Part shown: positions 1 through 12,590 of the stretch, piece after piece
Numbering within the stretch: the first letter of the stretch is position 1
Layout: the number at the start of each line of letters is the position of its first letter
Position numbers and translations under genes: made by a program
NCBI GenBank assembly: GCA_030141605.1
Contig: JAQGDQ010000010.1
Location: 186,001-250,000 of the forward strand
DNA length: 64,000 nucleotides
DNA from: Tubiluchus corallicola
Lineage: Eukaryota; Animalia; Priapulida
Direction of reading: 5' to 3'
Notes under the pieces: generated by a model
What the model was told of the DNA's origin: nothing
Database searches by the model: none
The model's input: the letters and a program-made list of their open reading frames with translations, nothing else

Positions 1-1280
1 TGTCTATTTTAGGCATTTTGGGGAAGTTTAACGTATATGCAAGACTGGGTTACGCTATAGGCTAGTATAGATTGCAACCTAGGGCCCTCAAGCTTGGCAG
101 CTTGGCAGCTTGGCGGGCTCATACTTTGCATTGCCGATTAATTCACATAACTTAAAATAAAATTTCAAGGTTAAAAAAGGCAGGTAGTTTGAAAATTCAA
201 ATTTAAAGTGGGTCCTCGCATGAGAATAAAAGTTTCCTGTTTGAAGCCTTTTATTTCAGGCAAAGGGCCCTTGCTTAAGGCCCTTTGTTTAAGATAAGGC
301 TTTAAGATAAGGGCCCCTCTTTGAAGCGCTATATTTGAAATATGGGACCACCAGCTATGTAAATGTTGCTAAAACATGTAAGTAAAAAATATTCGAGATG
401 AGTACAAACAAATTAGAGATTGTCTGCGTCTGTGGGGACCCCATAATTTCATTAGCCTAGGGACCCCAAAAGGTCATAATCCTAGCCCTGTATAATATGT
501 AGTAGCGCTACATATAATACACTTCTCGGCAAAGGTGTCAAATTGCCTAGCCGAAATACAGGACTTCTTGAAATGGCGTGATTTTGTATATTCATGAAGT
601 GTTTTCATGCATCAGCTGACAAGTTCACATGCTGCACTCACTATACGCCTGCATGCAAGTTGCTTGCGTCAAGAATTGGAGGCAAACAATATATCACAAA
701 TACAAGACGAATGATCGATCAAGATAGCTCAAGCTTAGAATGTGTTTGAAATGAATGATTCAACGCCTGTAATTGTAATAATTGCATTTTAAACATCCCT
801 AAATTAATGTATTTAGAGTGTAAATATATAACATTGTTCGAAAAGATCAAAGAAATGTACCGTATACATCAAAGTCACCTCATTGTGACTCAGCTGTAAA
901 TGCAATATGAAAATATTTGTTTATGGGTCGTACATTAGGCTGGTCAGTCACAGGCGCTACAGGTCTTAGCAGATTTATAAGCCATTCAACCTGTATTAAA
1001 TTTTACGTTTTCTATCTAATATGCACCAGTCATAGGTTTCACGCGTGGCGCGTCATGTGTTAACGCGTCACGCTTCACTTTTCTCGTTTTGCGATTGAGA
1101 GCATGCTCTCAAAAGTGCCAGGCGTGAAACGCGAAACGAGAAAAAATGGACGAACTCAAAGCTAACTTAATATAGCCCTGGTCCAGGAATGGCCGCTAAT
1201 TTGGGATCCTACACACCCATATTACACACATAAAGGTCAACGAAATCAAACAAGGAAACTTAAGGGAAAGACTATGTCTT

Positions 1281-1446
<166 letters not shown>

Positions 1447-1699
1447 TATTTACTTATAAAGCTTTCTTTCCATAAATTTTTTTAAAGATTCTGTACAATT
1501 AAAGTCCAAATGTAAAGGTAAGGATGCGCCAGTCCATACAGATCTCTGTTACTTTTGTGAGTAATAAAATAGACTAAGTTTGCATAATGAACTTCTTGGT
1601 TTTTTGGTGTACTACGACTGTTAATACATAGATTGCAGAATGTCAACCAACTAACGGGGGCCACCTTACAATGGCAGTCAGAGTTTTATTTTGGTTCTA

Positions 1700-2080
1700 A
1701 TTGCTTTTCCATTCCTGGGGCCTGGATATTTACCACGTGAAGCATATACAGCGAAAGTATGTGTAGGAAAGTCTTGTACAAAACATGGCATCATGGATTG
1801 GTAGATTGACAAGAGGAAGAACTGTGCATGGGCCATTCCCTCGCTAACTTCATGGCAAGAGCAGCTAGGTAGAACTGAAACATTTTGTGTTGTGGTTTAT
1901 ATTCTGTCACAGTCAAGGTGTTATTTCATTTCGCGTCCAATCTTTTCGGGATTATCTTCGATGCGTCTGCTGTCAGCAACATTAACCACGTTAAAGCTTG
2001 CAGCTCGAGCTACATAGTGAAAACAGTTTTCACAATGCATTGTGCATCAATCACACAGTCTAAGCCTTTCTGCTGTTTTT
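1700..2080 (-). mobile_element. Possible degenerate Academ-like transposase C-terminal remnant
   Basis: Minus-strand translation HCENCFHYVARAA...NPEKIG...NVSVLPSCSC with stops loosely resembles the LPP..H..RA..Q...P...GW...CxC tail of Academ-type transposases. Weak match, approximate bounds. Confidence 0.3.
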
Positions 2081-2389
2081 AATCAATACTGCGAATTTCG
2101 CACGTGCCAGAAATAAGAAGCTAAATTCGTCTAGATATCGGGTTTAAATAGACTACACCAAATTAACGAAAATGATAAAACGTTTTTCGTGCCTTATCAT
2201 GTGACTACAGCATTTGAGTGGAATTCGTGGTGCCCTCTGGAGACGAATTATAACATGAATTTGTAGTTTATATTAGTGTAAAATGAAGAATGACGCCTGT
2301 GGCTTGTTCAAAGTATTTGAGACATTTTTAAATGTAATCAGCCGGCTTCTAAACAGCTATTGAGATAAAAACCAATAGTCCAATTCAAG

Positions 2390-2960
2390 GTAATCTAGCC
2401 TTTGTCCACAAACTACACAAAAGAAGTCGACCCAATTAACATTAAAATTTTTAATTGTATTTATGTCAGTGCTATCCGTATTGTTTTCCAAGAGACACTG
2501 ATGTCTTGTTTGTTTTGTTAACCCGTTATTGTACAATGAAGTGCCGTAGATGAAGTTAGGTTTGTCGAAGAAGCCAAAATAGATACCTGCGTATGACAAG
2601 CACAAACGCAACCAGCCAGCCATTTCTTGAAGGTATATGTTTTCATGCATTAACTGGCTGTGATTCTACTTCATATTTAGTTGGACGTACATAGAAAAGT
2701 GCTTGAAAAGCATTTCAAGCTAATCATATAGTAGTAAAAGATCTTGGTGTTGGTCTTGGAGTTGATGTTCAAAGGAGATATAAGGATAGGAAATGGATTG
2801 CAAAAGCAAATTCTCGCATCGTTTGCTGCTGCACCAGAAACGTGTCAGGAAATAGTATCATGTAATAACTCTAAAGGTAATGTAAAAAATAGTAAAAGCT
2901 CCATTTTAGTCAAAGCATGTGTAAAAAGAGCAGATTACTGGAATGTGTAAATTTGTGGCC
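2390..2960 (+). mobile_element. Degenerate Academ-like (XPG/PIN-domain) DNA transposase fragment
   Basis: Across stops and frameshifts: DTDVLFVLL (~2495), MKLGLSKKPK*IPAY, CFHALTGCDSTSYLVGRT*KSA*KAF (~2640-2715) and APETCQEIVSC. These occur in the order of the DTDV / HAxTGCD..S...G..KK.AW / AP....SCxC motifs. Confidence 0.7.
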
Positions 2961-3299
2961 CGTACTGCTAAACTACACGTCATTCATTTTTCTCCTTTCT
3001 AATAGAGAAATAGTAACTTTAAGTTTGAACTTGGCATTTTCATAAAGTATTTAGCTGCTAGTTAGCATTTAGTTACTTTGCATTTTTACGCTATCTTTCT
3101 TGTTTAAAAATGTTTGCTGGCTTAATTCACAGACTTGGTGATCTTAAGTTTAATGAACCCGTAACGTTCGCTTGGCAATTAATTAATAATTCACGTCGTC
3201 ACTCTCGTGTATTTAATTTCTTTTGTAAGTGTTTGATTACAGTCTTGACAATATTTTTGCTAATATTTGCACTAAAAGTGTAAACAAAAGTCGGTATTC

Positions 3300-3767
3300 T
3301 TGGTATGTAGCCCTCAACCGTTCATTAGTATAACTTGCCATTTATTCGTTTGACATCCCCGACTATACGACTCAGTTTAGTAAGCTCATACTATCGTCTC
3401 CTCATCTGGGGATTGAGACTGGTAGATGGGCCAGGCCATCCATTCCTCGTGAAAACTAAGCGTGCAGGTGTTATGTTGATAATGCTTCTACTCAAGACGA
3501 GTCGCATTTTATTGAACATTGTACACTATCTGAGCCTGTCAGAGGAATGTATGTTCTGTATTTAGACACAGACTGAAAGAGCTATTTTGATTTAGAGCCT
3601 GAACTTTGTGGTAAATTCTTGTCAGAAATTTTGAAAATTTAAGACTAACTCGCTGTGTTATTATTTGTTGTCAACATCATTTATTTTCTTCTAACTCTAT
3701 GCCAGTTTTTGTAATGTTCTTGGTGAACTATAATTGTCAATAAAATACCACTACTACTACTACTACT
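3300..3767 (+). mobile_element. 5'-truncated non-LTR retrotransposon (LINE) ORF2 3' end with (CTA)n tail
   Basis: LSSPHLGIETGRWARPSIPREN*ACRC...QDESHFIEHC is a typical ORF2 C-terminal Cys/His motif. It is followed by AATAAA and (CTA)n at 3751-3767. Confidence 0.8.
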
Positions 3768-5479
3768 GACAGAAAAATCGGGTAACAAAAATATTTTAAC
3801 TCGCGAGCCTAACAACTGCTTTTCAATTTTTTGTTAATTTATTACTGGCCTTTTCCAGGGATCTCAGTTTTGTATTTAACATATGTTGGTCAAAAAGCAA
3901 ATTAGCGTTTCTTAAACAAACTGTGTAAACCGGGCCAGCTTTAGAAGAAAAAACACTAAATACGATCTTTGCAAGTTTGTTCTTGCAGTTTTTCTGAAAG
4001 CAGTTATTTTGTTTTTACTTTTTTTAAATAAATAACACAAAAAATGACTCAGCGCGAAAAATATTTAAATCCAGTACTAATTAAAGTACTTTTGTGTAGA
4101 ATAATGGACGAGCAGCACGCAAGGCTTGAGGCTCGACACTACGTTGGTCGAAACGGTGAATGATCTGAAAAATTGCAAGCTGTCTTTCAGTAGAAAGAGA
4201 AAATACAATTGTACTAAGTTTTGACGCTGTGTATGCACTTTTACATACATTTCATCACACCTAGTGCAGAGGGTAATAATATAAGAGTCACCCAACTTGA
4301 TGCAAGTACATCCTTCCCCAACCAGAAAACAGCCAGGAACGGCTGTTATGTCTCTTGTAAGCCTATATAAGGCGAATGAAGCCATACAGACATTCAATCC
4401 AGTGGTAGTATATCCATTCACAGACATGCCGTGACGATTGGTTAACTTTGGTAGCTAAGCACAAATAGTGATCACGTGACTAAGTACTTTCTCTCTATTC
4501 TAGTTCTAGTGTCAAATAAACTGCGCTTATTTAACCAAATGACATTTTACCTTAGTTTAGACTAACAATGTGAACAAATTTGAGAAAATCATGTTTTAAC
4601 AAATTGGATAAATTCGTGTCTGCTATTGACATCAGATCGTTCGTTAATCTGAGGCTGCTAGCATTCAATCTGCATTGACGTTTTCCTGCAGTCTTCTACA
4701 GACCATTAGCCGTTTATTCATGTTCACATTTGAATAAATATAGCTTGCACGGCTCATGTTTTATGCATGCCAGCAATCTTTTATATCTGCTTTCAAATTT
4801 GAGTAAATTAATGAAATATGGTTTACACGCATTTGCCTTGTTGCAATGGAGCAGTGAGAGCCCGATGGAATATGGTTTCTGCGCATGTGTGCGGGCTGCA
4901 AGGGTGAGAATAACAAGGATGATATTTGTACTGAATTTAATTAGCGAGATATTGAATCTAGAAAAGCTGCAAAAAGGCTTTTAGTTACTTAATTGATTTA
5001 ATTATCACCGCAGTGCTATATATAGGACTTGACTGCAGTTTTCCAGTGATGCGGCAACCATACAAACGTTTTGATTTAACTGCATACATGACCGTTAACG
5101 GAAAACAGGATGATTTTCATATCCTACCCCATTTTGAAGTACGGTAAAAACACACATTTTAACGCCAACAATACTGCAAAAGCGTTTCTGATAATTAGAT
5201 AATAGTTTAAAGTCTAAGTTAACAGCGGGCAAGCCCAACTATTGATGACGTCACAAACGAACATAATTTTCAATAGCACAAACATTCCATGAGCGTGTTG
5301 CACGTGTTTGCAAATGGGGGGGGGGAAGTTAACAAACAACCTAGAACAAGTCGCAATAAAAATTTTTCCTTCAGATTCTGTTAGAACATAGCTTCAGGTA
5401 CCAACAACAAAAAGTCGTTCAAGATCGGCTTTGATGATACGCGCATAAATCCAAAATGGCACCCACTGGGGCAAATAAC

Positions 5480-6065
5480 TGCTACACCATTCCCAACGCA
5501 TGAGAATCGGATTTTCTCAGCTAAACTATGAACTTTTCTCTAAAGGCTGTAAAGATAATAATGGTCATCCAGTTTTGCCGAATTGAAACTGTGGATTTCG
5601 ATTTGAGTCTATTGAACACTTTTTGTTGCACTGCTCATTGTATCAACAAACTAGGGTTTTTATGTTTGATAAATCAAATGAAATACTTCTGCCTGAAAAC
5701 TTTAATAAACCTGCCTTAGGAACTAATGATCTGTTGAAGTTTTTATTGTTCGGAAAATATGAATTTAATTATGTTGTTAACTGTAAAATATTCCAATGTA
5801 TACATGACTTTATTTTTCGTACTAAGCGCTTCCAGCAGTTTCTATCTGATATGAAATGCGTCAGTCTTAAATATTCGTACAGTATTATTTTGTATCTGTC
5901 ATTTGTTACTAATATCTAATGTAATCTTGTAGTAAAACTTGTCAGCTTGTGTAGGTATAGTCAATTCTTACTGTAAATGTTTTTGTAAATAGTGTATATA
6001 GTCTGTTGTGGTGAGAATCCTAAATCATGTTGTTCAAACTGTCTGATCCAATCCTATAATAAATT
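5480..6065 (+). mobile_element. LINE (CR1/L2-like) ORF2 3' fragment
   Basis: HSQRMRIGFSQLNYELF...PN*NCGFRFESIEHFLLHCSLY...LLFG...NCKIFQCIHDFIFRTKRF resembles a LINE ORF2 C-terminus. AATAAA near 6058. Confidence 0.8.
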
Positions 6066-6074
6066 ATGTTTAAA

Positions 6075-6902
6075 TTAACCATCGAACCTAGGTAAAAAAT
6101 ATGTGTTATTGACGGATAGGAAAGTACACCCGGGGATTCCAAAAATGCGGTCGTTTTTCGTTCCTATGGTGTCACAACACCACTGTGATATAATTAAGAA
6201 CATCACTGTTTAATTGTTTTTGACAATGGGTCACTGGAATTCATCTTTCGTTATCAGTTTCCCATTGATACCAAAGGAAGAATTATACTGAAGAGCAAGT
6301 AACCCAGTTCTAGTGGTCACTATTATTAAGCGACGCTCTCTTAGTCTCATGTGGCATGCCAGGTTGAATCTGTCCCAGATAGAGAAGCCCTTTCCGTTGC
6401 TTCCTGCCCTCCGCCAATCAATTGATATTAACTCCCCTCCCATCTCATTTGTGTTAAAGAATTAGCACCAGTGTCGAAGTGATGGACTTCACTAATGACA
6501 GAGCTTGCTTCCATTGGCTGGTTGCCACTGCCAGTTAAGGGACCAAGCACTTAAAAGTAAAATAAGTAGCAGAGATAGGTACTTTAATTGAAAAATGACA
6601 ACGTTTTTGGATTTACATGGTGCATTTTCCTATCAGTCGTTAACACGAATTTTCTTCTAGGATCGAACGTTTAGGAGTAGTCAACTTTTGACCCCCATAG
6701 ACTAATGACATGCAAACTCAATCTACAACTGATTTTGAATGTTATTGCAAGTGCTGATAATCAAAGATGAATTCCAGTGACACATTTTGAATGAAATAGT
6801 AATTTTCTTAATTATATCATAATGGTATTGTGACATCATAGTGAGGCGATAACTTTCCTATCAGTCAATAATATACATTTTTTACCTAGGCTCGATGACT
6901 TA
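6075..6902. mobile_element. MITE C with ~50-bp TIRs, left end TTAA-CC (piggyBac-like)
   Basis: 6079-6125 ccatcgaacctaggtaaaaaatatgtgttattgacggataggaaagt is the inverse of 6852-6898 actttcctatcagtcaataatatacattttttacctaggctcgatga. A partial third copy lies at ~6625-6666. Confidence 0.75.
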
Positions 6903-8429
6903 GGAAAAATAACTTAATAACTTATTTTTTACCCCTGTAGGCGTCGTATTTGATTTATGTGTATATTTCAAAAGTATCAAAGCCGATTTTGGCGGATTTT
7001 TGTTGTGGGTACCTGGAATCATATTCTAACAAAATCTGAAGAGAAAAATTCTGTTGCAATTTGTTCTAGGTACCCGCTTATGTGGAGCTATCTTTACTCA
7101 CCTAAACTCGGCAAGCTTTAAGATAAAAATTCAAATTTCAAACTTACCGCTGTGGTCACGTACGCATGAGCTCTCGAACGCGTGCACAACATCACAAGCG
7201 AACACCTCTGAACGGACAGGTACAGCACCTGTTTTTTGTCCAACGCGTTTCCGAAATCTAACTAGCGAAGTCTAACTAGTGCCCATCTAACTAGCGAATG
7301 GCGAAATGCATGGAACAGCGAACAATCAGCCGGGCGAACGCAAAATTGCGTTTTTTGCGTGGTAAAAGTTGTTTCAAGTAAGTAATTCTTGAAAAAATAA
7401 TATTTTCCTTTTTAAAGAGAAAAGTGTTTTGGCCTACAGTTTAAGATTGGGTACGGTTTCCCCTAAGAAGCACAGTAAGCTTTTGTGTAACCATAAATAA
7501 AAGTCCATAAAGTTCTTCCAATGAGATTCGAGCTCAAACATTCGTTCTTCGAGTAGTGATGCTAACAACTACGTTCCTAAAGAAACTACAATTTCATGGT
7601 ATTGGCTTTTTATCACCTATTTTTACCAAACAGGGCTCGCTTAAAATAGAATATTTAAGTATTGAAAAATTGGTCTATGAATAGGGGTCATGTTCCTGAA
7701 AGTAACCCGCTGTGCAGTGTGTTGACCTCTCCAAAACGATTTTTTCATAGGTGCGCTTATTTGTTTCAAAAAGCCAACTGACAGAAGGGACTTTTCCATT
7801 TTAATCGAAAGGTACTTGGTTAATGTTTCAAATCTGAATAAAGTTCGGAAGGAATGCTTTGAACTAACTAATATAGGTGCTGCTGACCACATTCTAGACT
7901 GACTTTGTAGTTATATAACATAAGTGTGCAATTTTTGTATGGTGCATTTTGTTTCCAGTAAACAAACGTTTTTTTACGAAAAGAGGTTTTCTTGTTAATT
8001 CTCATTTTTTTCACATGACGTGCTTTCTGTTAGCACGATTATATAGTGGCACGATATTTCATAAATGTCGGATGTGTTATTGCATCTATGGCTCGGTAAA
8101 AATGATTTGCGCCACACGAGCACACAGATATAATTTTCAGACAGGCAAGTAGCCATTTTGCTGTAAATAAATTGAATCTTCCTGATTAAATAGCGTGCAG
8201 AATTCATAAGCGCTCTTTGTGGCGATCAGCCTAACAGCGGACTGCATGTTGCTGAAACCATTACTGTATTTGTTCTAATATAAACTTCACTGTCCAAGTT
8301 CAAGTTCAATTTGCTTTATTTAGCAAAAACTGCAAAATAATTTGCTTCAGGCTGCTAGAACGTCAAACTGCGAAAAAATATAAAGACGTGCTGTCTTTTG
8401 TCACTTTAATGCATAAATGCACAAATTAA

Positions 8430-9200
8430 TCTGAGCCTGATGTTGTATATAACCGTGAAACAGTTGAGTTTATGATCTTTACTGGCCGTATTTGTTTTGC
8501 CATGAAACGTCAAGTTTTTGTAAACCGTGTTTTTCTATTAAATATTGATGGTGCTGTACATTTATGTCATAATTTAAATATATCTGATGATGATAGCATG
8601 GCTTCTTATGCTATAGCCAAATTCTGGGCAAGTTGTAATAGTGACTGATGAAGATATGCTATAGTCAAATTCAGGGCAAGTTTTAATATTTTTAAAACTG
8701 ATTTTGGCCAAATTCTTCCTGACTTACAATGTAAAATACAATGTGGTTAAACAGTACAGCTGTAGTTCTCATGGCGCGCCGTTATGATTTACTGCCTAGT
8801 CAATGTTTTTGGCAAGTTACTGTTGCATGGTGAAACGCTCTTCGATTGATAAGGCGCTTATTTTCTAGAATACACTGTAATATCATTGCTCTTCTTTCCG
8901 ATTGCTTACCTGTAGAAATAAGCTTTAAATTGAGGTTCAGCAAATTTGCAAATCATTTTTTTAATCATCATGTGCCAGTGATTAATCGTATGGCTCACTC
9001 TGATATCTAAAATCACGTAGATATTTAAGTAATTACTATAAGAATATTCCTGTTGATATTAAAAGTAAGGTTAGTGTCCTAGAAGAAATAATTGATTTGC
9101 GTGAAAATTATCCTGCACTGTGATGTGCTTGAATCGACGTCGACTACATAATAATGACATAGTATAGTTAGTTTATTATAGTGTCACCTTTTATTTTACA
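8430..9200 (+). mobile_element. Degenerate LINE (RTE-X-like) ORF2 C-terminal half
   Basis: VHLCHNL...KF...NIFKTDFG...KQYSCSSHGAPL*...VAW*NALR...RIHCNIIALLSDCLPVE...RFSKF...VSVLEEIIDLRE. Internal ~34-bp duplication at 8607/8655. Clade inferred. Confidence 0.65.
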
Positions 9201-9384
9201 ACAATTTAAAATACAAAAAGTACGCACACTTACAGTAAAATAAAAGCTACTCTATCGACAGAGTTATGAGACACCTTAAATTTTTTAAAAACAACCATTT
9301 TACATATAAATTAAAACAGCCATTAAACAAACATTAAAACATATCATTACACTAGTTAAAAAATTTTCTTCTTTCCAGCATTAG

Positions 9385-10530
9385 GTGGCAGGTTTTGGCA
9401 CAATCTTACAATATGATGTGCCGATTGACTTGGCCTTCAAAATACATATGGAGCCGAAGTTTTGGGGCCTCACAGCCTTTATTGCTGAAAACTCATTTAT
9501 TCATGATACTCTCGAAGCAGATTTTGACAAATTAAAAAGCGAACTTGTTCAGTTAAAAATTTTTAAACAGATGTTACACGTACATTCAAAAGCTAGTAAC
9601 TTAGCTATTAGAGCAGAAATAGGTATATACCCAACTTTTGTCTTTATTGTAAATTTAGTTGTAAACTATTGGCTACATGTACAGAAAACACCCTGCAATA
9701 GTTTAATTTACAATGCATATTTAGACTGTAAACAAAAAGATAACGAAAACGTGTATAACTGGGTCTCGTTTATTAGGAATATTTTGTGTAAACTTGAGTT
9801 TGAACATACTTGGATTAATGAAGGTTCGCAGATTGCTAACTACTGGATTGCTAACCATTAATAAGAAGCTACAGGATAGATATAATGCCTATTTTTCGAA
9901 AAAGATTTATAACGACAACAGTGATGACAGGGGTAACAAACTTCGAAGTTATAGGCTTTTTAAAACTGCATATAGGGTTATTGTTTGGAAGAATATTTGC
10001 TTATGCGTAATAATCCAATTCCAAGCGAACGTATAACTATGTACACTAGATTTAGAATTAGTGCGCACAAATGGGATATTGAGAGGGGGAGGTATCACAA
10101 ACCAAAAATATCTGCCAACCAAAGAATATGTAAAATATGTGAGGTGAATCAAGTAGATGCATTTTTGTATAACATGTCCTGCCCACCAAAATGAGAGAAA
10201 AGTTATATTTAAAAATATTTTAAAAATATTTCTTCCTTTTGCAGAAATGCCTGTAAGTGAACTGTTTATGTTTATAAATGGCCTAAATGATGTAGAGATG
10301 AGAACCCTAGTAGTAAATTTTATATATGACATCAGTAAGAAAAGGAGAGACAGGATAGCAAATAATTTTAATTTGAACTCGCAGCCTACAAAATGTATTC
10401 TTACTATTGTTGTTTTTATGTTATTATTGTGCTTTTTTTGGTATTATCGTCCCTACTACGTTTGAGCCGTTCCATCCTTTGTAGAGGATCAATGTTTTTT
10501 TTGGTTCCTTTATGTTGTATGCTCAATAAA
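9385..10530 (+). mobile_element. 5'-truncated LINE ORF2 C-terminal region with frameshifts
   Basis: ORFs 9385, 9794, 9985 and 10157 join into LHVHSKASNLAIRAEIGIYP...NKLRSYRLFK...EEYL...TRFRISAHKWDIERGRY...RICKIC...HFCITC. AATAAA at 10525-10530. Confidence 0.85.
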
Positions 10531-11973
10531 CTACAAACTTATATGCTAGATAAACGCCACTGATATCGCTATTGATATTTTTCTTGAAGCAATTGAAATT
10601 ATATGTAGCAAGAAAACAATTTTCGGGCGATGAAACTTAAACTTACTCGCAACCAGCTGCTTTTATATTTGTAATTAATCAGCAACAGTCACAATGTTTT
10701 ATGCGGCTAATTACGTTGAATCACAATTGATCTTGCGTCACTTACTTAAATTTCCATAAATTTCGTTGTTTCCACCTTATTAAAAATAATGCCAAAATAT
10801 GTTAAGTAGCTGAAACCATTTAAAAAAGAGCATTGCACAGACGCGCATTGGTATTCCCAATTCTCCGCAACAATATCTCACGAAATAATAAAGTAAAACG
10901 AACTGAAACGTTAACCAAGACAGTTTCAGCTATAACTCTCTGATGTATTGATCCTGGAAATCTTCATTTCTGGTACTTTTCAGTCAAATCTCAGAGGAAT
11001 AGCTGCAAGTGCAAATGCGTGCTTTTTATCGAAAGTGTTTGTTCAATCCATGCAAATGTTTGTTACAGAAAATTTTGTTTATTGCACTTCAATGTTTAAA
11101 AATTTACATGCGAACACAAGGGGTAGCAGTAGGTTCGATACTTTCTATTTTTTAAGACTGGGTTCATGTATTACTTAACACTACAGTATTAACTATTGTC
11201 AATTAATTTGGTGATAAACCTAATGTGAACTGAACCGATTTTTTTCAATCTCCGAATTCTGGCTAAATTATGGATGTAAGATTAAACTGATACGCAGGAC
11301 CCATTAGCTGGTTTAAAGGCTTATATAATCACAGCAGACATTGAAGTTTTTTTTATCGCATTATAATGACTACACAAATAATTTATAGCTATTATTAAAC
11401 AAAAGAGACATAAAATAAATAACTTCTCTTTTTTCTGCCGAATTTCAACGCGTGCATTGCCGTAAAGATCACCATGTTTCCCGTCTTTAGCACGAGTGAG
11501 CGAGAATGACGTACGAGGTACAGAAAGCGTCTTTGGTTACCGGTGTTTGTTTGCCGATCTTTGGTGACCTCATGACTGTACTCATAGTCATTCATCTGGC
11601 GCAACGAAAAGATAGCGGTTTAATACCACTAACAACGAAGTGGTAAAAATCAAAGGAAACTAGTTTTACATTAAGTTTGAAATTACATTACATTAAATTG
11701 AATATTCGTAATGAGAGAAGGATTTCAAGTTGTAACATGTTATACTATAGTGAGGATTTAGTTTGACTTTAAAGTCAGTAGGCTCTGTTTACGAAGTACA
11801 TAAATAGATAAAATGTTACTTACAGATGTTTACTTCTCATAGTTAAGCTTATATGAGTCTGCACACCGTAACTTTAGCAGATCCAAATTTCAGTGGATAC
11901 AAACTGTTAGCGTTACTCGGAGATAAGCGAGTTCCCTTTTGTGGCACGAAGCTTGCTTGCAGTGCTATCGAGC

Positions 11974-12590
11974 TTAAAGGAAGAAAAGATGATTTTTTAT
12001 ATACTACCCCATTTTTAAGTCCGATAAAAAGTATACATTTTAACACAATCAATACTGCAAAAACGGTTTTGATAATTAAATAATTGATTAAGAACTTAAT
12101 TAACGGCGGGCGAGCCCAACTATTGATGACATCACAAACAAACATAATTTTCAGCAGCAAAAATATTCCACGAGCGCGTTGCACGTGTTTGCGAAAGTGA
12201 AAATTGAAGTACAGTGGTACTGTAAGATATTCAGTGTGCTGTACTAAAACTAGGCAAGTTTTAAGATAAAAATTCAAATTTCAAATTTGCCGCTGTGCTC
12301 ACACATGAGCTGTCGAACACATGGAGTTTGTCACAAACTAAAACATCTGAACTGAAAGGTGCCACACGAGAAGTACTTTCCGAAATGCAGGCGCTAGTGC
12401 CCGTATAACTAGCAAATGGCGAAATGCATATAACAGCGAAGAACTAGTAGGGCGAACGTGAAATTGTGTTTGTGCGGTAATACTTCTTTCACGTAAGTCA
12501 TTTTTGAAAAAAATAGTATGATTCTTTTCAATATTTTAAAGAGTAGATTGTTTGACCTACAGTTTAAGATTGAGTCCGATTTTGCTTTAA
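11974..12590 (+). mobile_element. Non-autonomous DNA element (family A, uninterrupted copy), TTAA-flanked (Kolobok-like ends)
   Basis: Starts TTAAAGG and ends GCTTTAA; similar along its length to 5095-5314 plus 7100-7466. Confidence 0.7.

Larger units (their letters stand above)
5339..7071. mobile_element. Element B bounded by ~100-bp inverted repeats, inside family A copy 1
   Basis: 5339-5438 (cctagaacaag...gatcggctttgat) is an imperfect reverse complement of ~6974-7071 (atcaaagccgat...ttgttctagg). Confidence 0.7.
5095..7466 (+). mobile_element. Non-autonomous DNA element (family A, copy 1), split by nested insertions
   Basis: 5095-5314 and ~7100-7466 align colinearly to the two halves of the uninterrupted copy at 11974-12590. 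Confidence 0.75.

Noticed and set aside
11506-11646. Short ATG-initiated ORF as candidate first exon of the gprs-like gene
   Set aside because: The donor-like gtaaaa at its 3' end is phase 2, but the 15750 exon needs phase 1; no family similarity.
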